This document shows positions 25,447 to 36,222 of a stretch of 64,000 nt of DNA, piece by piece. Source of the DNA: a virus. Below the pieces are notes generated by a model. That model saw nothing but the letters and a program-made list of their open reading frames with translations, was not told the DNA's origin and made no database searches. Made by a program: the position numbers and the translations under genes. The number at the start of each line of letters is the position of its first letter. Position 1 is the stretch's first letter. The stretch covers positions 1-64,000 of the IMG/VR virus record IMGVR_UViG_3300044684_000361. One strand, given 5' to 3'.

Positions 25447-26909
25447 CGCACAGGCTCAAAGCTCTTTCCATCTGGGGCTACATAGGCCATGTTGCCTTTA
25501 GCATCCTTGTGCAGCGCCCAGCCCTCGGCATTGGTCAAAGGCGGGGTGGCATGCTGGCCGCCCAGGACCTTATTGGTGATCGGGTTGTCAGTCACCTGGG
25601 ACATCAGGAGCTTCTCGAAGGGCCCGTAGTGTTTGTCCAGTTCCGCTGACTCGTACTGGTGTTTCAAGCCGCCCAGCTGGCCTGCCAGGAGCTTCTGTTC
25701 GGTATCGATGGCCCCACTCATGACGGCGGGGCTGTTCATGTTGGGGACGTGCTTGGCCGCCTCCACACGATCGGTCACGCCCCCGCTTCGGGCCACGATC
25801 GCATTGATCAACTCATCCTGAACGATCTGCTTGGCGGTATCGAAGTTGGTCGGGGCGGGATTGCCGGTCTCAGCGGCCCACCACTGGCCGACTTGGTTCA
25901 CGCGCTTCATATCGCCATTGTTCAAGGCATCCGACAGCTCACGCAGGGTGTCCAAGTGCGACATCGCAACGTTCATGGAGCGCACCTTGGACCCTGGGCT
26001 ATTCTGTGCCCCGCTGAACCATTCCTTGGCGGCTGACTGGATGGTGGGATATTTCGTGGCCTGGTAGTCCGGATTGATCTCCATCACCCGGCCATTCAAG
26101 GCAAGACCCATCGGGGAGCGGGCAACCATGCCACTGGGAGGGGGCATCTGATAGTGCGCAATCGCCTCGGCCTGCTTCTCCAAGCCTCCCGAGGCATCCA
26201 TCGCTTCCAACTGGGCCTGCAGTTTGCTCTTGGCGACAGCCCCGGCCTCCTGGGCCTTCTCATTGATCAGTGCCTGGTTTGGCGTGGCCTGACCATTGAC
26301 ATTGACTTGTACGGGCTTGTTCTGCGCGGCCATGATAGCGCTCTGCATGGCGGTATCGCGCCCCAGGGCCGCATTCATCGCGGTGGAGGCATTGCCCGAG
26401 AGCTGCTGCCCGCGTTGGATCATGTTCTGGGCGAGTTGGGCTTGCAGCTGATGCGCCATCATGCCGGCCTGGGCCGCATCGATGCCGTACTTCGCCATGA
26501 GTTGCTGCTTCATCAGCTCCCCCTGGCGTTGCTCCTGTAGGTTCTGAGCCGCTGCCTGGCCTGCAGCAGCCCCTACTCCTGCCATCCCCTGGAGAGAGGG
26601 CTTCTCGCCCGCCATGGCGCTCATGACCCGTAGCGCCTGCTCCTTGGGGCCTGGAGAGTACTGCAAGCTTCCCAGGCGCTCCTGGGTCTTAAGCAGCAGG
26701 TCTTTCAACGCGGAATAGTCCGCGCCTTGCTCGTTGTACGCCTTGGTAGCTTGTTCATATCCCTGATTGGCAATGCCTTGCCCCTGCTCCATCCGTTGCC
26801 GCTGCAGCTCATAGCTCTGATTCGCCGCCTGCATCAGCGGCAGAAGGTTGGTGCGGGTATCAGCCGTCGCCTGAAGTGGACTGTAGCCCGGATCGGTTAT
26901 GTCAACCAT
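25443..26909 (-). CDS. DNA ejection / internal virion protein
   Basis: Q/A/M-rich helical protein; position in the module. Confidence 0.6.
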   Translation of the reverse strand: MVDITDPGYSPLQATADTRTNLLPLMQAANQSYELQRQRMEQGQGIANQGYEQATKAYNEQGADYSALKDLLLKTQERLGSLQYSPGPKEQALRVMSAMAGEKPSLQGMAGVGAAAGQAAAQNLQEQRQGELMKQQLMAKYGIDAAQAGMMAHQLQAQLAQNMIQRGQQLSGNASTAMNAALGRDTAMQSAIMAAQNKPVQVNVNGQATPNQALINEKAQEAGAVAKSKLQAQLEAMDASGGLEKQAEAIAHYQMPPPSGMVARSPMGLALNGRVMEINPDYQATKYPTIQSAAKEWFSGAQNSPGSKVRSMNVAMSHLDTLRELSDALNNGDMKRVNQVGQWWAAETGNPAPTNFDTAKQIVQDELINAIVARSGGVTDRVEAAKHVPNMNSPAVMSGAIDTEQKLLAGQLGGLKHQYESAELDKHYGPFEKLLMSQVTDNPITNKVLGGQHATPPLTNAEGWALHKDAKGNMAYVAPDGKSFEPVR

Positions 26910-28398
26910 AGCTGGCCGCCAGTGGCGAGTAGGTGCGCCTGGGGAGTGTCAGGGTCTTGCGGGGCTGGCCACCCCGAGCGGCCGGATAGGGCGCAACGCG
27001 GGTGCCATAGGGGATGACGCCTTGGATGCCCCGCCAGCCAGGCAGATAGGAAGGGCCGCCGCTTGCCATCTTGATATGGCCGCCCTTCTTGGCGCCGCCG
27101 AAGATGTTACCGAGGTTGCCGATGATGCTCCCCAGCTGCTGGCCCGAGACCGCGCCCCCAACGAGGTTCTGGAGGCCGCTGGAGGATTGGGCATAGGGCG
27201 AGTAGTTGTAGTTCGTCACTCCATAGGGAACTTGGATGCCCTGCAAGGCCCCTTGCATGGCCTGGGAAGCGGCCAGCGGGAAGTTCGCCTGCTGTTGGAA
27301 CTGCTGGTAGGGGACGTTGTAGTTCGCCTGGGTCTGAGCCTGCTGTTGCTGGCCCATCTGATTCTGCAGCGTCGCCTGGTTCAGGGTGTTGTTGAGCGCC
27401 GTGGTGCCGAGATTGCCAAGAGTATTCGCTCCAGCCAGTTGAGTCCCCACCCCGGCGTTCTGGAGGTTACCCGCGCCCAGGCCCAGGTTGCCGTAGAGGC
27501 CCGCTCCCGATAGGCCAGTTTGTTGGGCCGCGTTTTGAAGTCCGCCAGCAGTGGACCCCAGCCCCGCCGTAAGACCAGCCCCGTAAAGCCCCGTGCCTTG
27601 AGCTGCATTAGCCGCGTTAGCGGCAGTGCCAGCCAGGCCTGCGAGAGCCTGCTGTTGGGCCTCGGCCCCTCCCAGGGCGGTATTAAAGCCACTAGCCAGG
27701 AGGGAAGAGTTCGCCATCTGCTCATTCAAGTTCTCCGCAGCTCCGAGTTTCTGAGCATACTCACCCTGACGGGTGCTGCCCAACACCTGGCCGGCTTGCG
27801 TGAACTGATCCTGTAGAGCAGGCAGCACGTTTTGATTGAAGTTCTGCGCCGAGAGTTGGTCGGTCGCATTCACCACATCCTTCATGTAAGGGTTCATGAA
27901 CTGCCCCATCTGAGAGGAGATGGGAGCTGCTGCCCCTTGAAGATATGGATTCGCCGCCTGCATGGCATTGGGTTGCCCCAATGCGCTTTGGATACCGCTT
28001 TGTGCCGACTGCAGGTAAGGATTGGCCGCCTGAAGCGCATTCGGCTGACCAAGAGCGCTTCCTGCCGTATTGCTCGCGGCTGACAGAAAAGGGTTCGCGG
28101 CCTGGAGCGGGGACTGCTGCCCCAGCGCATTGGTCGCAATGTTCGCTCCCTGCAGCGCCTGGTTCGTTCCCAGGCCCTGGGCCCCCTGCACTGTCTGATA
28201 GGACTGTTGTTGGTCGCCTGAGAGGGGCGCAACCTGGGGGCCTCCGTAGATCTGCGGACCTTGGTTCGCCCACTGAGCCGCATTCTGGAGGATGCCCTGG
28301 GTGTAATCCGTATACCACTGAGGAAGAGTGGTCGAGGATTGGTTCAGCGTCTGCTGATACTGCATCGGCTGCTGCGAAAGAAATGACGTCAAACTCAC
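26902..28398 (-). CDS. DNA ejection protein with internal repeats
   Basis: Q/G/A-rich; FMNPY motif; 24-aa repeats. Confidence 0.65.
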   Translation of the reverse strand: MSLTSFLSQQPMQYQQTLNQSSTTLPQWYTDYTQGILQNAAQWANQGPQIYGGPQVAPLSGDQQQSYQTVQGAQGLGTNQALQGANIATNALGQQSPLQAANPFLSAASNTAGSALGQPNALQAANPYLQSAQSGIQSALGQPNAMQAANPYLQGAAAPISSQMGQFMNPYMKDVVNATDQLSAQNFNQNVLPALQDQFTQAGQVLGSTRQGEYAQKLGAAENLNEQMANSSLLASGFNTALGGAEAQQQALAGLAGTAANAANAAQGTGLYGAGLTAGLGSTAGGLQNAAQQTGLSGAGLYGNLGLGAGNLQNAGVGTQLAGANTLGNLGTTALNNTLNQATLQNQMGQQQQAQTQANYNVPYQQFQQQANFPLAASQAMQGALQGIQVPYGVTNYNYSPYAQSSSGLQNLVGGAVSGQQLGSIIGNLGNIFGGAKKGGHIKMASGGPSYLPGWRGIQGVIPYGTRVAPYPAARGGQPRKTLTLPRRTYSPLAASYG

Positions 28399-30269
28399 GG
28401 CTTGCCCCCGTTCGCATAGGCCAACGGATCTTTCTTTGCCTTCATGAATTGCTCACCCTTCACCAGCTTCTTGCCCGCATCCATCCGCAGCCGTCTGCGT
28501 AGCTCATCCAGCTTCTTGGCGCCCGCCTCATTCGATCCATTTCCCAAAAGGGCTACGTCCTGAGCTGTCATGACATATTCCCCATTCGACAGCTTGGCAT
28601 CGATGTCATCTGAAGTGCCATCCCCGGGCCCCTGGATGTAGTTGGGGCCGCCTTTACTGGCTGGTGTCAGATGCGGATTCATCGAGGCCGCGAGCGGCCC
28701 TTGCTGATGGATGGCTCCGCCATGAGCCTGCAGCATTGGATGCACGATGGGCCCGGAGGAATTATTCCCCAGGAGAGCGATCAGCTGGCTCAGACTGGGA
28801 GAGGTCGTGCTCTGAGTTTGAGTGGGCGACTGGGCTCCATACTGTTGCATGGGCGAGGATTGAGAGGCAGGTGCGGTAGGGCCTCCCGAGTTGTTCGAGA
28901 AGAATTGGTACGGCGTATGCGCTTGCTCACCCGCATGGGCATAGTCGATTGTCGGACTCAAACGGGTCCTGGGATCGGAGGTAAAGTTGCCGTACATATT
29001 CGAGGCCGAAGGGCCCGATCCTTGGAACATCGGCGGTGGAGTTGGCTTGTAATTGGCCAGCATCTGCTGCTGCCCGTTATTGCTGCCCAGGGCGCCGGCA
29101 AGCCCAACCCCGCCTCCCAGGAGCGCTCCCAGGAGAGAAGGATTGCTGAGAAGGCTACTCAAGGCCCCGGAGAGGCCGCTGCCATTGATCCCAGGGATAT
29201 GGCTCGGGGTCTGCAGGCTTTGCAGAGCCGGAGACCCGGCCTGTAGAAGATTGTCCCCGTAGGGCTTCACGTTCTCGTTGACATTGAACGAGTTGCCGTT
29301 CAGGTCATAGCCCGTGCTCGGCATATTGTTCTGCAAGGCCTGCTGCAGAGACTGCTGGCTGTCGTTGGGCAGCACAAACTGCTGCATGTCCGGGGTGTTT
29401 TGTGAGATCGAGCTGCCCTCGTTCAACCAACCCGGCGAGGTGTAGTAATTGACATACCCACCACCGTCGAAATGCGGGGTTGCTGCCCGCTCCGAGAACA
29501 TCGGGCCATTCAGGATATCTGCCAGGGAGTGCGTCACCGTTCCACCTTTCGCCATATGGCCATGAGGCCTTACGTTGGACATCCCATGCTGACCCAGAGC
29601 CGTGTTGAGTTGCTCGTAGGATATATCATGGAGCGCAGGGGTCATTTGCTGGATACCCAACGCCTTTAACATGCCAGTTTCCGCAGGGTCCCCTGAATTG
29701 CTCGCCTCTCCAACAGCCCCCCAGTAGTTCGCTTCCCGCTGCAGGTCCTGTGGCGTTGCGTTGTAGCTGTGATTCGCGGCCGGTCCCGGACCATTGACCA
29801 ATGACTTGGCCATGTTCTGGTAGTAGCTCGGTTTCAAGACATAGGCCGGGGTCTGCGCATCCATATAGGCAGACAAGGCCATCCCGATAATCGGAGCATA
29901 CTGAGAGACCGCCGAGGCCAGTTGGGCAGCCCCGGTCACTCCCGCCTGGGACGCCGCCTGGGACGCCAACTGCGTGGCGGCCAGGGCCGCCTGCGTGTCC
30001 CCGGCCACACCTCCGCGTTGGATTCCTCCATACACACCGAGGCCAGCTCCGAGATCCCCGCCAAACTGAGAGGCTTCCGGGGAGCCGCTGATATTTCCAT
30101 AGAGTTTCGCCGCGTTAGCGGCAGCTCCGAGATCGCCTTGCAGGTTGCCCTGACTCAGACCCCCATAGATCCCCAGGCCCAGATTCGCGTCTGTGGCGCC
30201 CTGCCCTGCGGCCCCATCCAGGGAGCTGGCGGGGCGTAGGAAGCTTTGAAGTTGCCCTGGATTGATCAT
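28395..30269 (-). CDS. Internal virion protein with GPGDGTSD-LSNGEYV domain
   Basis: GPGDGTSDDIDAKLSNGEYVM..DVALLGNGSNEAGAKKL. Confidence 0.65.
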   Translation of the reverse strand: MINPGQLQSFLRPASSLDGAAGQGATDANLGLGIYGGLSQGNLQGDLGAAANAAKLYGNISGSPEASQFGGDLGAGLGVYGGIQRGGVAGDTQAALAATQLASQAASQAGVTGAAQLASAVSQYAPIIGMALSAYMDAQTPAYVLKPSYYQNMAKSLVNGPGPAANHSYNATPQDLQREANYWGAVGEASNSGDPAETGMLKALGIQQMTPALHDISYEQLNTALGQHGMSNVRPHGHMAKGGTVTHSLADILNGPMFSERAATPHFDGGGYVNYYTSPGWLNEGSSISQNTPDMQQFVLPNDSQQSLQQALQNNMPSTGYDLNGNSFNVNENVKPYGDNLLQAGSPALQSLQTPSHIPGINGSGLSGALSSLLSNPSLLGALLGGGVGLAGALGSNNGQQQMLANYKPTPPPMFQGSGPSASNMYGNFTSDPRTRLSPTIDYAHAGEQAHTPYQFFSNNSGGPTAPASQSSPMQQYGAQSPTQTQSTTSPSLSQLIALLGNNSSGPIVHPMLQAHGGAIHQQGPLAASMNPHLTPASKGGPNYIQGPGDGTSDDIDAKLSNGEYVMTAQDVALLGNGSNEAGAKKLDELRRRLRMDAGKKLVKGEQFMKAKKDPLAYANGGKP

Positions 30270-31813
30270 AGGCGCCTCGCCGTATCCACATCGACGTAGA
30301 GCACGTTGCGACCCGCCTGATAGTTACCCCCCTGGGCATTACTCACGAACTGCAACTTCATCTGCCGCGCACTTGCACGGGTGGGCACGATGGTGGAGAA
30401 CTCCCCCGCCGCCGTTGTCGGCGGCGATGCAGAAATTGTCTGAGAGCTGACGGTAGTGTAGGGACGCTTGGAGTTCGCCCGAGTCAGTATGTTAACCGTC
30501 ATATCCCCCGCCTGGATGAAATCCGGCTCCAGGGAGTCAAGGTGGAGCGTCTTATCCAGAGGTTGCTGGAAGGTCGTGGGCGAGATCACTCCGGTCGTGA
30601 AGGAGCTGTTGATCGCAGAGGTGGTCGCCCCATCGATCTGGTCTGTCCCAACCTCGTGTTGCCAGAGCCGATAGGTGGTGTTGTTGTAAAGATCCACTCC
30701 GGTCATCAGCAACCCCGCCGAGCTGATCTCGTTAAAGACCGCCGCCGAGCGGCCAGAATTCGGCAATGGGGTGTCATACCAGGTATTTTCACGATGGTTA
30801 TAGATGACCGCCCAGTTGCATTCTGTGGCGCCAAAGAGCGGCGCACAGAACCAGATCTCCCCCCAGCGGGTATTGCGCACCGCGAAGGCCTTCTGGGAGT
30901 ACTTTCGATTGAGATTGTCGAAAAAGAAGTTGATATTCCGTGGATTGGCAACTTCTTGGAGCACGCCGTTGTAGGTCAGGAACCGATCCTGACCGATCCA
31001 GAAGAATACCCCCTCCACTTCCACCACCGACTGGTAGGAGAGGATCGAGGAGTTATCCGTCAGTATGTCAAACGAAAATACCGGCGCCCCGCCAACAAAA
31101 TACATCCTGATGACGGAGTCGATGGACCATAGTAATGCGGATGGGGAGAAGCCGCCGCCGCCGCGCAAAGGCATCGCCTTCACAATCTTCTGATCGGTTA
31201 CCCGAGCCGCGCCTGATCCTGCATCCACAAAGTCCAGAGGTTTGTTCGCGACCGACCATTGCACGAGCCCATTGGAGCCGTAGACGAGCGTATAGGGCGG
31301 GATGACCAGCACCCCACCGGTTGCATCAGTGGCAAGCCCCGAGACCGAGGTCAGGGCTGCCGTGGTGTAGATCGGCCCTGCATAGAGGTTCCCGGTAGTA
31401 GCCCCATAGGCGATATCCGCAAGCCCAGGGATCACAAAGGCCAGCACCTGCTGCGTGCTGGAGTTGATGTCGTAATAGGAGGTGATCTGCCAGATGTTAT
31501 TGGCGTTCGATGTGAAGCCTCCCGGCGTTCGGTTCGCCGGTACCGAGGTGTTCCCATTCTGGTCGATCGTGTACAGCTCGATGCCACCCGCGTATCCGGA
31601 ATGGATGTAGGACTGACCGCTCAACGTCTGCGAGTGTAAGCCTCGGGATATTCCCGTCATGCTTTGCGAGAGTGTCTGATAGCCGCCCATCTTCCTGGGC
31701 AGGCCTCTCTGGAACCGCATCCACACGCCATCCGTGTAGGCCTTATGACTCAACTCCGGACCATCGCGCTGGATGGCAGGCTCGAAGATGAGCGGAAAGG
31801 GCTGCGTCGCCAT
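30266..31813 (-). CDS. Tail nozzle (P22 gp10 / tubular protein B-like)
   Basis: Beta-propeller-like composition; RFQRGLPRKMGG N-terminal motif; position. Confidence 0.7.
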   Translation of the reverse strand: MATQPFPLIFEPAIQRDGPELSHKAYTDGVWMRFQRGLPRKMGGYQTLSQSMTGISRGLHSQTLSGQSYIHSGYAGGIELYTIDQNGNTSVPANRTPGGFTSNANNIWQITSYYDINSSTQQVLAFVIPGLADIAYGATTGNLYAGPIYTTAALTSVSGLATDATGGVLVIPPYTLVYGSNGLVQWSVANKPLDFVDAGSGAARVTDQKIVKAMPLRGGGGFSPSALLWSIDSVIRMYFVGGAPVFSFDILTDNSSILSYQSVVEVEGVFFWIGQDRFLTYNGVLQEVANPRNINFFFDNLNRKYSQKAFAVRNTRWGEIWFCAPLFGATECNWAVIYNHRENTWYDTPLPNSGRSAAVFNEISSAGLLMTGVDLYNNTTYRLWQHEVGTDQIDGATTSAINSSFTTGVISPTTFQQPLDKTLHLDSLEPDFIQAGDMTVNILTRANSKRPYTTVSSQTISASPPTTAAGEFSTIVPTRASARQMKLQFVSNAQGGNYQAGRNVLYVDVDTARRL

Positions 31814-33048
31814 CAGAAGATGATCCCCCAGATCGTGGAATCCTCGGACGACAGGACGCCCAAGGCGCTTTGGGCCGCTGCCTGATTGGCGGCAGTGAAG
31901 ACCGCTACGCCAACCGTCGTGCCGCCCAGATTGGTGAGCGCATTACTTGGGGTGGTCGCGCCGGTTCCTCCCTGGGAGACCGCCAGCGGAATACCGATAC
32001 CAGCGGTGGCCGCATTCACAACGTTGGTGCCGTCGCAGTAAAGGATGAACCGGGCGGCGGAGGTGATCGTAAACTGGGTACTCCCACTGATCTGGGCGCT
32101 GGTGCCAATCCCGAGCGTCCCGCCGCTGGTCTGGTTATCGACCCAATACTGCTGTACCGTGGTAGGGACCTGAATGTTGGTGTTCCCCGCCAAAGCCCCC
32201 GTGAATCGATAGGCGACCTTGTTCTGCAGGTTCGAGGGCAGCACGTAGGTCCCGCTTTGCCCTGCGAGATTCACCACTTGGAAGTTGAAGATATTGGTGT
32301 TGATCGATCCCAAGCCGATCGTCCACCAGCCCGTTCCATCCGTGACCAGAAAGCATGAGTCATTGACATTCATCGAAAGGCTATTCGCCCCATTGATGAG
32401 ATCAGACCCGTTAGGGGCAATGGTAAGGGTGCCGGAGCCAGAATTACGGACTTGGATGTAGAAGTTCGACCCCACCGCGAGAGCGGCCGGAAGCGTGATC
32501 GTGCCGGCGCCGCCCACCCAGTTGAGGAGGTTATCCCGATCATTGACGCCCACCGTGTAAGCGGCATTGAGCGTCGTAACGGCCATCACCTGCTGCAGGA
32601 AGGGACCGTTCGCACTCAATCCCGCCCCAGCCAAGGCCGCCGCATTGGCGGCCGAAGTTCCGGCACCAAACTGGAACGTGAGCCACGTCCCATTGGCAGT
32701 GAGATTGTTGGTGAGCGCGAAGTAGATCGCAGCGCCTGGGTTGATGCTGGCAATCGTATTGCCCAGGTTATCGGCCACTGTGAAAGCAGTCGATCCGGAA
32801 TTGAAGACTAGAGCCTTCTCACCCAGCGAAGTATTCGTGGCGGCCGGCATCTGCAGCGTGCAGCCCGTGCCCAGCGGCGTGATATTCATCAGCTCCGCGA
32901 GCACATTCGAGTTGGCCGGGAAGTTATCCGTAGCCCACTGCAATTGCGTGGTGGTCCCTGCGATCAGGGAGTACGCCGTAAAGGTTGTCGGGCTCGGAAG
33001 AATCGTGAGCCCGTTCGTCAGTGGTGAACCATAGCCTTGCCCAGCCAT
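31813..33048 (-). CDS. Tail structural protein
   Basis: TITLP..A and GGTGATT motifs of fibre proteins. Confidence 0.65.
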   Translation of the reverse strand: MAGQGYGSPLTNGLTILPSPTTFTAYSLIAGTTTQLQWATDNFPANSNVLAELMNITPLGTGCTLQMPAATNTSLGEKALVFNSGSTAFTVADNLGNTIASINPGAAIYFALTNNLTANGTWLTFQFGAGTSAANAAALAGAGLSANGPFLQQVMAVTTLNAAYTVGVNDRDNLLNWVGGAGTITLPAALAVGSNFYIQVRNSGSGTLTIAPNGSDLINGANSLSMNVNDSCFLVTDGTGWWTIGLGSINTNIFNFQVVNLAGQSGTYVLPSNLQNKVAYRFTGALAGNTNIQVPTTVQQYWVDNQTSGGTLGIGTSAQISGSTQFTITSAARFILYCDGTNVVNAATAGIGIPLAVSQGGTGATTPSNALTNLGGTTVGVAVFTAANQAAAQSALGVLSSEDSTIWGIIF

Positions 33049-33729
33049 TTACGGAGGCCCTCCAGTGGATACGCTTTGCCGTGTCTCAGTGGCGCGACCC
33101 ACGAGATCCTGAATGTCTTCATTTGAGAGAGCCTTCATGCCCTCATTGAAGAGGCCCTCCCAGACCGGTATACGCTCATCGTTCTTCAGAAACGGAGCGC
33201 ATTCAAGCAGGCTCGAATACAACAGAACCTCCGGGGCATAGATGCTGATCCAATTCTGCTGGTTCGCATTATCAAGGAGCGCTGGCATCTCCCAGAACAT
33301 CACCTCGAATGGATAGTTCTGATCTGGAGTGGGAGCAATCACCCAGTTGTTGTAATCATAATCAGCGAAGTAAAGCGGCGCGCCAGTCACCGAGTCATCC
33401 GGCCAGTGGCGACGAATGAACTCATATGACCGATTGAACATGGGCGTGCGCCTGGTGTACTGCCCCGTCTTCGGATTGAACCGGCCGAAGTTGAAGGAGA
33501 TGGTCTCACGCCATCGATCAGGCTTTGGCATGAGAGGCGTGCCGGCCGTGAAGTTGTTCGTAAGCGGCCTTTGGAATCCCAGGATCTTGACGCCACGGGA
33601 GATCCGTCGCTCAGCATTGTTGATGAGCTTCGGCAGCTGCTGGTAGACGATGGGGTCAGATACCTGACCGCGCTCCAGATAGTTCCGGATGTCTGCCTGC
33701 AGAGAATTGAATGTCATCCCGTCCGGCAT
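33049..33729 (-). CDS. Head-tail adaptor (tubular protein A-like)
   Basis: TFNSL..DI.NYLER, LINNAERRI, APTPD, LLYSSLLE..FLK. Confidence 0.75.
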   Translation of the reverse strand: MPDGMTFNSLQADIRNYLERGQVSDPIVYQQLPKLINNAERRISRGVKILGFQRPLTNNFTAGTPLMPKPDRWRETISFNFGRFNPKTGQYTRRTPMFNRSYEFIRRHWPDDSVTGAPLYFADYDYNNWVIAPTPDQNYPFEVMFWEMPALLDNANQQNWISIYAPEVLLYSSLLECAPFLKNDERIPVWEGLFNEGMKALSNEDIQDLVGRATETRQSVSTGGPP

Positions 33730-33732
33730 GGG

Positions 33733-33894
33733 TTACTCAGGCTTCTTGGCCTGTTCCTCCACCTGTTTGAGGATCGCTCCCTCCACAGGGCCGGCGATTT
33801 TATGAGGCAACTCGCCAAGACCGGTGACGAGAACTTGCAGCTCAAGCCCGGTCACGGCGAGCATGAATTTATCTTCTGGTTTGACTTCAATCAT
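33733..33894 (-). CDS. Small tail-associated protein (53 aa)
   Basis: Translated by hand (MIEVKPED...GELPHK...); ATGA overlap. Confidence 0.55.
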   Translation of the reverse strand: MIEVKPEDKFMLAVTGLELQVLVTGLGELPHKIAGPVEGAILKQVEEQAKKPE

Positions 33895-34214
33895 GGTTGA
33901 ACGTGTACTCCGATATCGTCTTTCACCTGATCGGCCAATTCTGCTGGCGGATCAAGAAGGAAATGGATGACCCTGGTGTGATCCTCCAGGGCCTGGATCT
34001 CATGCATGGCCGTGCCATCGAAATCAAATATCTCGCCGGCCAGGAGGATGTGCCTCAGATCACCGGATTGGACACTGACAGAGCCCTTGAGCACGACGAC
34101 GTTGTGACATAGCTCAGGCGTATGTTTATGAGAGGCAAGCGTGTCACCGGATGCATCAAACTCGTAACGCACCCCAACAAGCTTCCCGGAAACGTAATAT
34201 GAGTAATGAATCAT
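33891..34214 (-). CDS. Cupin-domain protein
   Basis: HKH....H.VVVLKG and HEIQALED motifs. Confidence 0.75.
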   Translation of the reverse strand: MIHYSYYVSGKLVGVRYEFDASGDTLASHKHTPELCHNVVVLKGSVSVQSGDLRHILLAGEIFDFDGTAMHEIQALEDHTRVIHFLLDPPAELADQVKDDIGVHVQP

Positions 34215-34846
34215 GTATATGAAAAGATGATTCCGCCAGCAGCTCCAACACCAGAGGTTCCAGCGCCAATGCCTGCCCCCGCTCCGCCTGCGCCGTAGGG
34301 ACCTCCATTGACGCCTGAAACAGCAGAGCCGCCATTACCGCCGCCTGATCCGGTGGTTCCTGAAGTGCCGGCCCCTCCCGTGGCATTAGCCGCATTGCCT
34401 CCCGAGGCTGTTCCGCCGCCTCCGCCGCCTCGGCCGTTGTTGTAAGCCTGGCCGCCCGAGCCGCCATTGCCTGTCAGCGTGGTGATGGACTTGGTCCCCG
34501 AGGAGACACTCGATCCATTGCCATTGTTGCCGTTTGCTGTGGCGCCGCTTACTCCTGCAACCTGACCCCCCACGGAATAGTTCAGGGTCAGATTCCAGTC
34601 AGGACCAGCCAGGGAAATAGAGGAGCGTGAGTAGCCTCCTGCGCCTCCGCCACCCCCTCCATTATTCGCGCAGAGGCTGCCTTGCCCGCCGCCACCAGAA
34701 GCCCCGCCACCCCAGACTTCGATCACGACGTTCTTCGCTCCTACCGGGATCGTGTCCGCTCCGGAACCGGAGGTATAAGTACGCTTGACCGGAGAGAAGG
34801 CCACGAACGGGAAAGCCCCCGCCAGGATGTTGAGGATGCCGGTCAT
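34211..34846 (-). CDS. Glycine-rich tail fibre tip / adhesin
   Basis: VWGGGASGGGG and further polyglycine runs. Confidence 0.7.
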   Translation of the reverse strand: MTGILNILAGAFPFVAFSPVKRTYTSGSGADTIPVGAKNVVIEVWGGGASGGGGQGSLCANNGGGGGGAGGYSRSSISLAGPDWNLTLNYSVGGQVAGVSGATANGNNGNGSSVSSGTKSITTLTGNGGSGGQAYNNGRGGGGGGTASGGNAANATGGAGTSGTTGSGGGNGGSAVSGVNGGPYGAGGAGAGIGAGTSGVGAAGGIIFSYT

Positions 34847-36222
34847 GAGAGGCCGGCTCCTGTGATCAAACAGGCGTTGGTTGATTGGAACTGAATCGTG
34901 GCGATTCCGACGCTAGTTAAAGTCCGGCTGCCGTTTGTCGTGCCATTCCCAGCCCAGTACATTGTCATCCCGCCGCCCGGGGCGATCGTGTAGTTGTTCG
35001 TACTGTTGAGAGCTGTAATGGTCACAACGTCTCCAGCGCTGAAGACGTTGGCGGGCACGGTGATGGTCGATCCAGCTACTCCGACCTGCTGGATTTCCTT
35101 GCCACGATCAGAGAGACCCAGCGTGTAGTTACCAGAAACTTGATTGACAGGAGTTCCGAGCCAGCCCAGGGTCCATGCGCTTCCGCCCGCATCTTGTGCC
35201 TGGACAGTGCCCTTGAAGAGGGACACGTTGGAGCTACTGATGTACAGCGCCTCCGTGCCAGCATTGATTACCAGGGCAAGTCCAGCCTGTCCACGGATCG
35301 CGATATCGCCAATCGTCCCCGATGACAGCGCATTCCGATCTCCTATATAACCAAACGATGTTCCATTGCGCTGGAATGCTATATACGGTGGGGCAGTGGA
35401 GCTGACAGCCAGTGCCTGTCCCTGGTTGCTGTTGATCTGCGTAATCGACGAGGTGATACTCAGTGGAGGATAGGTACCGTTATTGCCAATCCACGTTGAG
35501 CCATCACCAAAGATCCTGAAGAAGGAAATGGTAGCAGCCCGATTGAGAACGTAGAAAGCCGTATCACTTGCAGAGGTGCCAGCTTCAACAAGAAGCCCAA
35601 AAGAAGCAGATCCCGCGTTGGCTCCGCTGACAAAGGTGGTCCAGTTGCCTACTGGACCGTTTGCAGTGATCGGAATTCCGCCCCCTGGATTGAAGGTCCA
35701 AGGGCCATTTACCGATCCAGATCCAGTGCCGAGGAAATTGAAGGTTGGATTGTTGGTGGTATCGCCAAAGGAATATAGCGCGGCGCTCACCACCATCTGG
35801 GCACCACCGGTACCTCCATTTGGGGCGAAAACGATAGACCCATTATCCGATGAGAGATAGATGTTCTGGTCGCGAGAGTCGGCGTCGCCAAGGTATCCAG
35901 TCCGGATGTTGTTCGAATCACGGAAGGCCAGGTAAGCGATATTGGCCGAGCCTGCTGCCGCTCCTTTCAAAGAGACCAGTTCCCCGCCAGAAGGGCCCGT
36001 AACGGCAAGGGTCCGATTGGCAGCAACCAGACCATTGACCGTGACTGTCCCGGTGCCCAGAAAGTTGACCGGCAGGTTGTCGTTGGCATTGCCGAAGGTA
36101 AGCCCGTTTTCGGATGCCACAATCAGTCCCTGGCCTGATACCCGATTCACCAGAGAGAAATTTCCGACCCAGCGAACTACCGGATTGCCCCCGGAAGCCG
36201 GGCCTTGGAATTTCATACTCAT
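34843..36222 (-). CDS. Tail fibre protein
   Basis: Repeated YIAF..GY(I/L)G beta modules; C-terminal YTL..SD.G...TITVP domain. Confidence 0.75.
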   Translation of the reverse strand: MSMKFQGPASGGNPVVRWVGNFSLVNRVSGQGLIVASENGLTFGNANDNLPVNFLGTGTVTVNGLVAANRTLAVTGPSGGELVSLKGAAAGSANIAYLAFRDSNNIRTGYLGDADSRDQNIYLSSDNGSIVFAPNGGTGGAQMVVSAALYSFGDTTNNPTFNFLGTGSGSVNGPWTFNPGGGIPITANGPVGNWTTFVSGANAGSASFGLLVEAGTSASDTAFYVLNRAATISFFRIFGDGSTWIGNNGTYPPLSITSSITQINSNQGQALAVSSTAPPYIAFQRNGTSFGYIGDRNALSSGTIGDIAIRGQAGLALVINAGTEALYISSSNVSLFKGTVQAQDAGGSAWTLGWLGTPVNQVSGNYTLGLSDRGKEIQQVGVAGSTITVPANVFSAGDVVTITALNSTNNYTIAPGGGMTMYWAGNGTTNGSRTLTSVGIATIQFQSTNACLITGAGLS

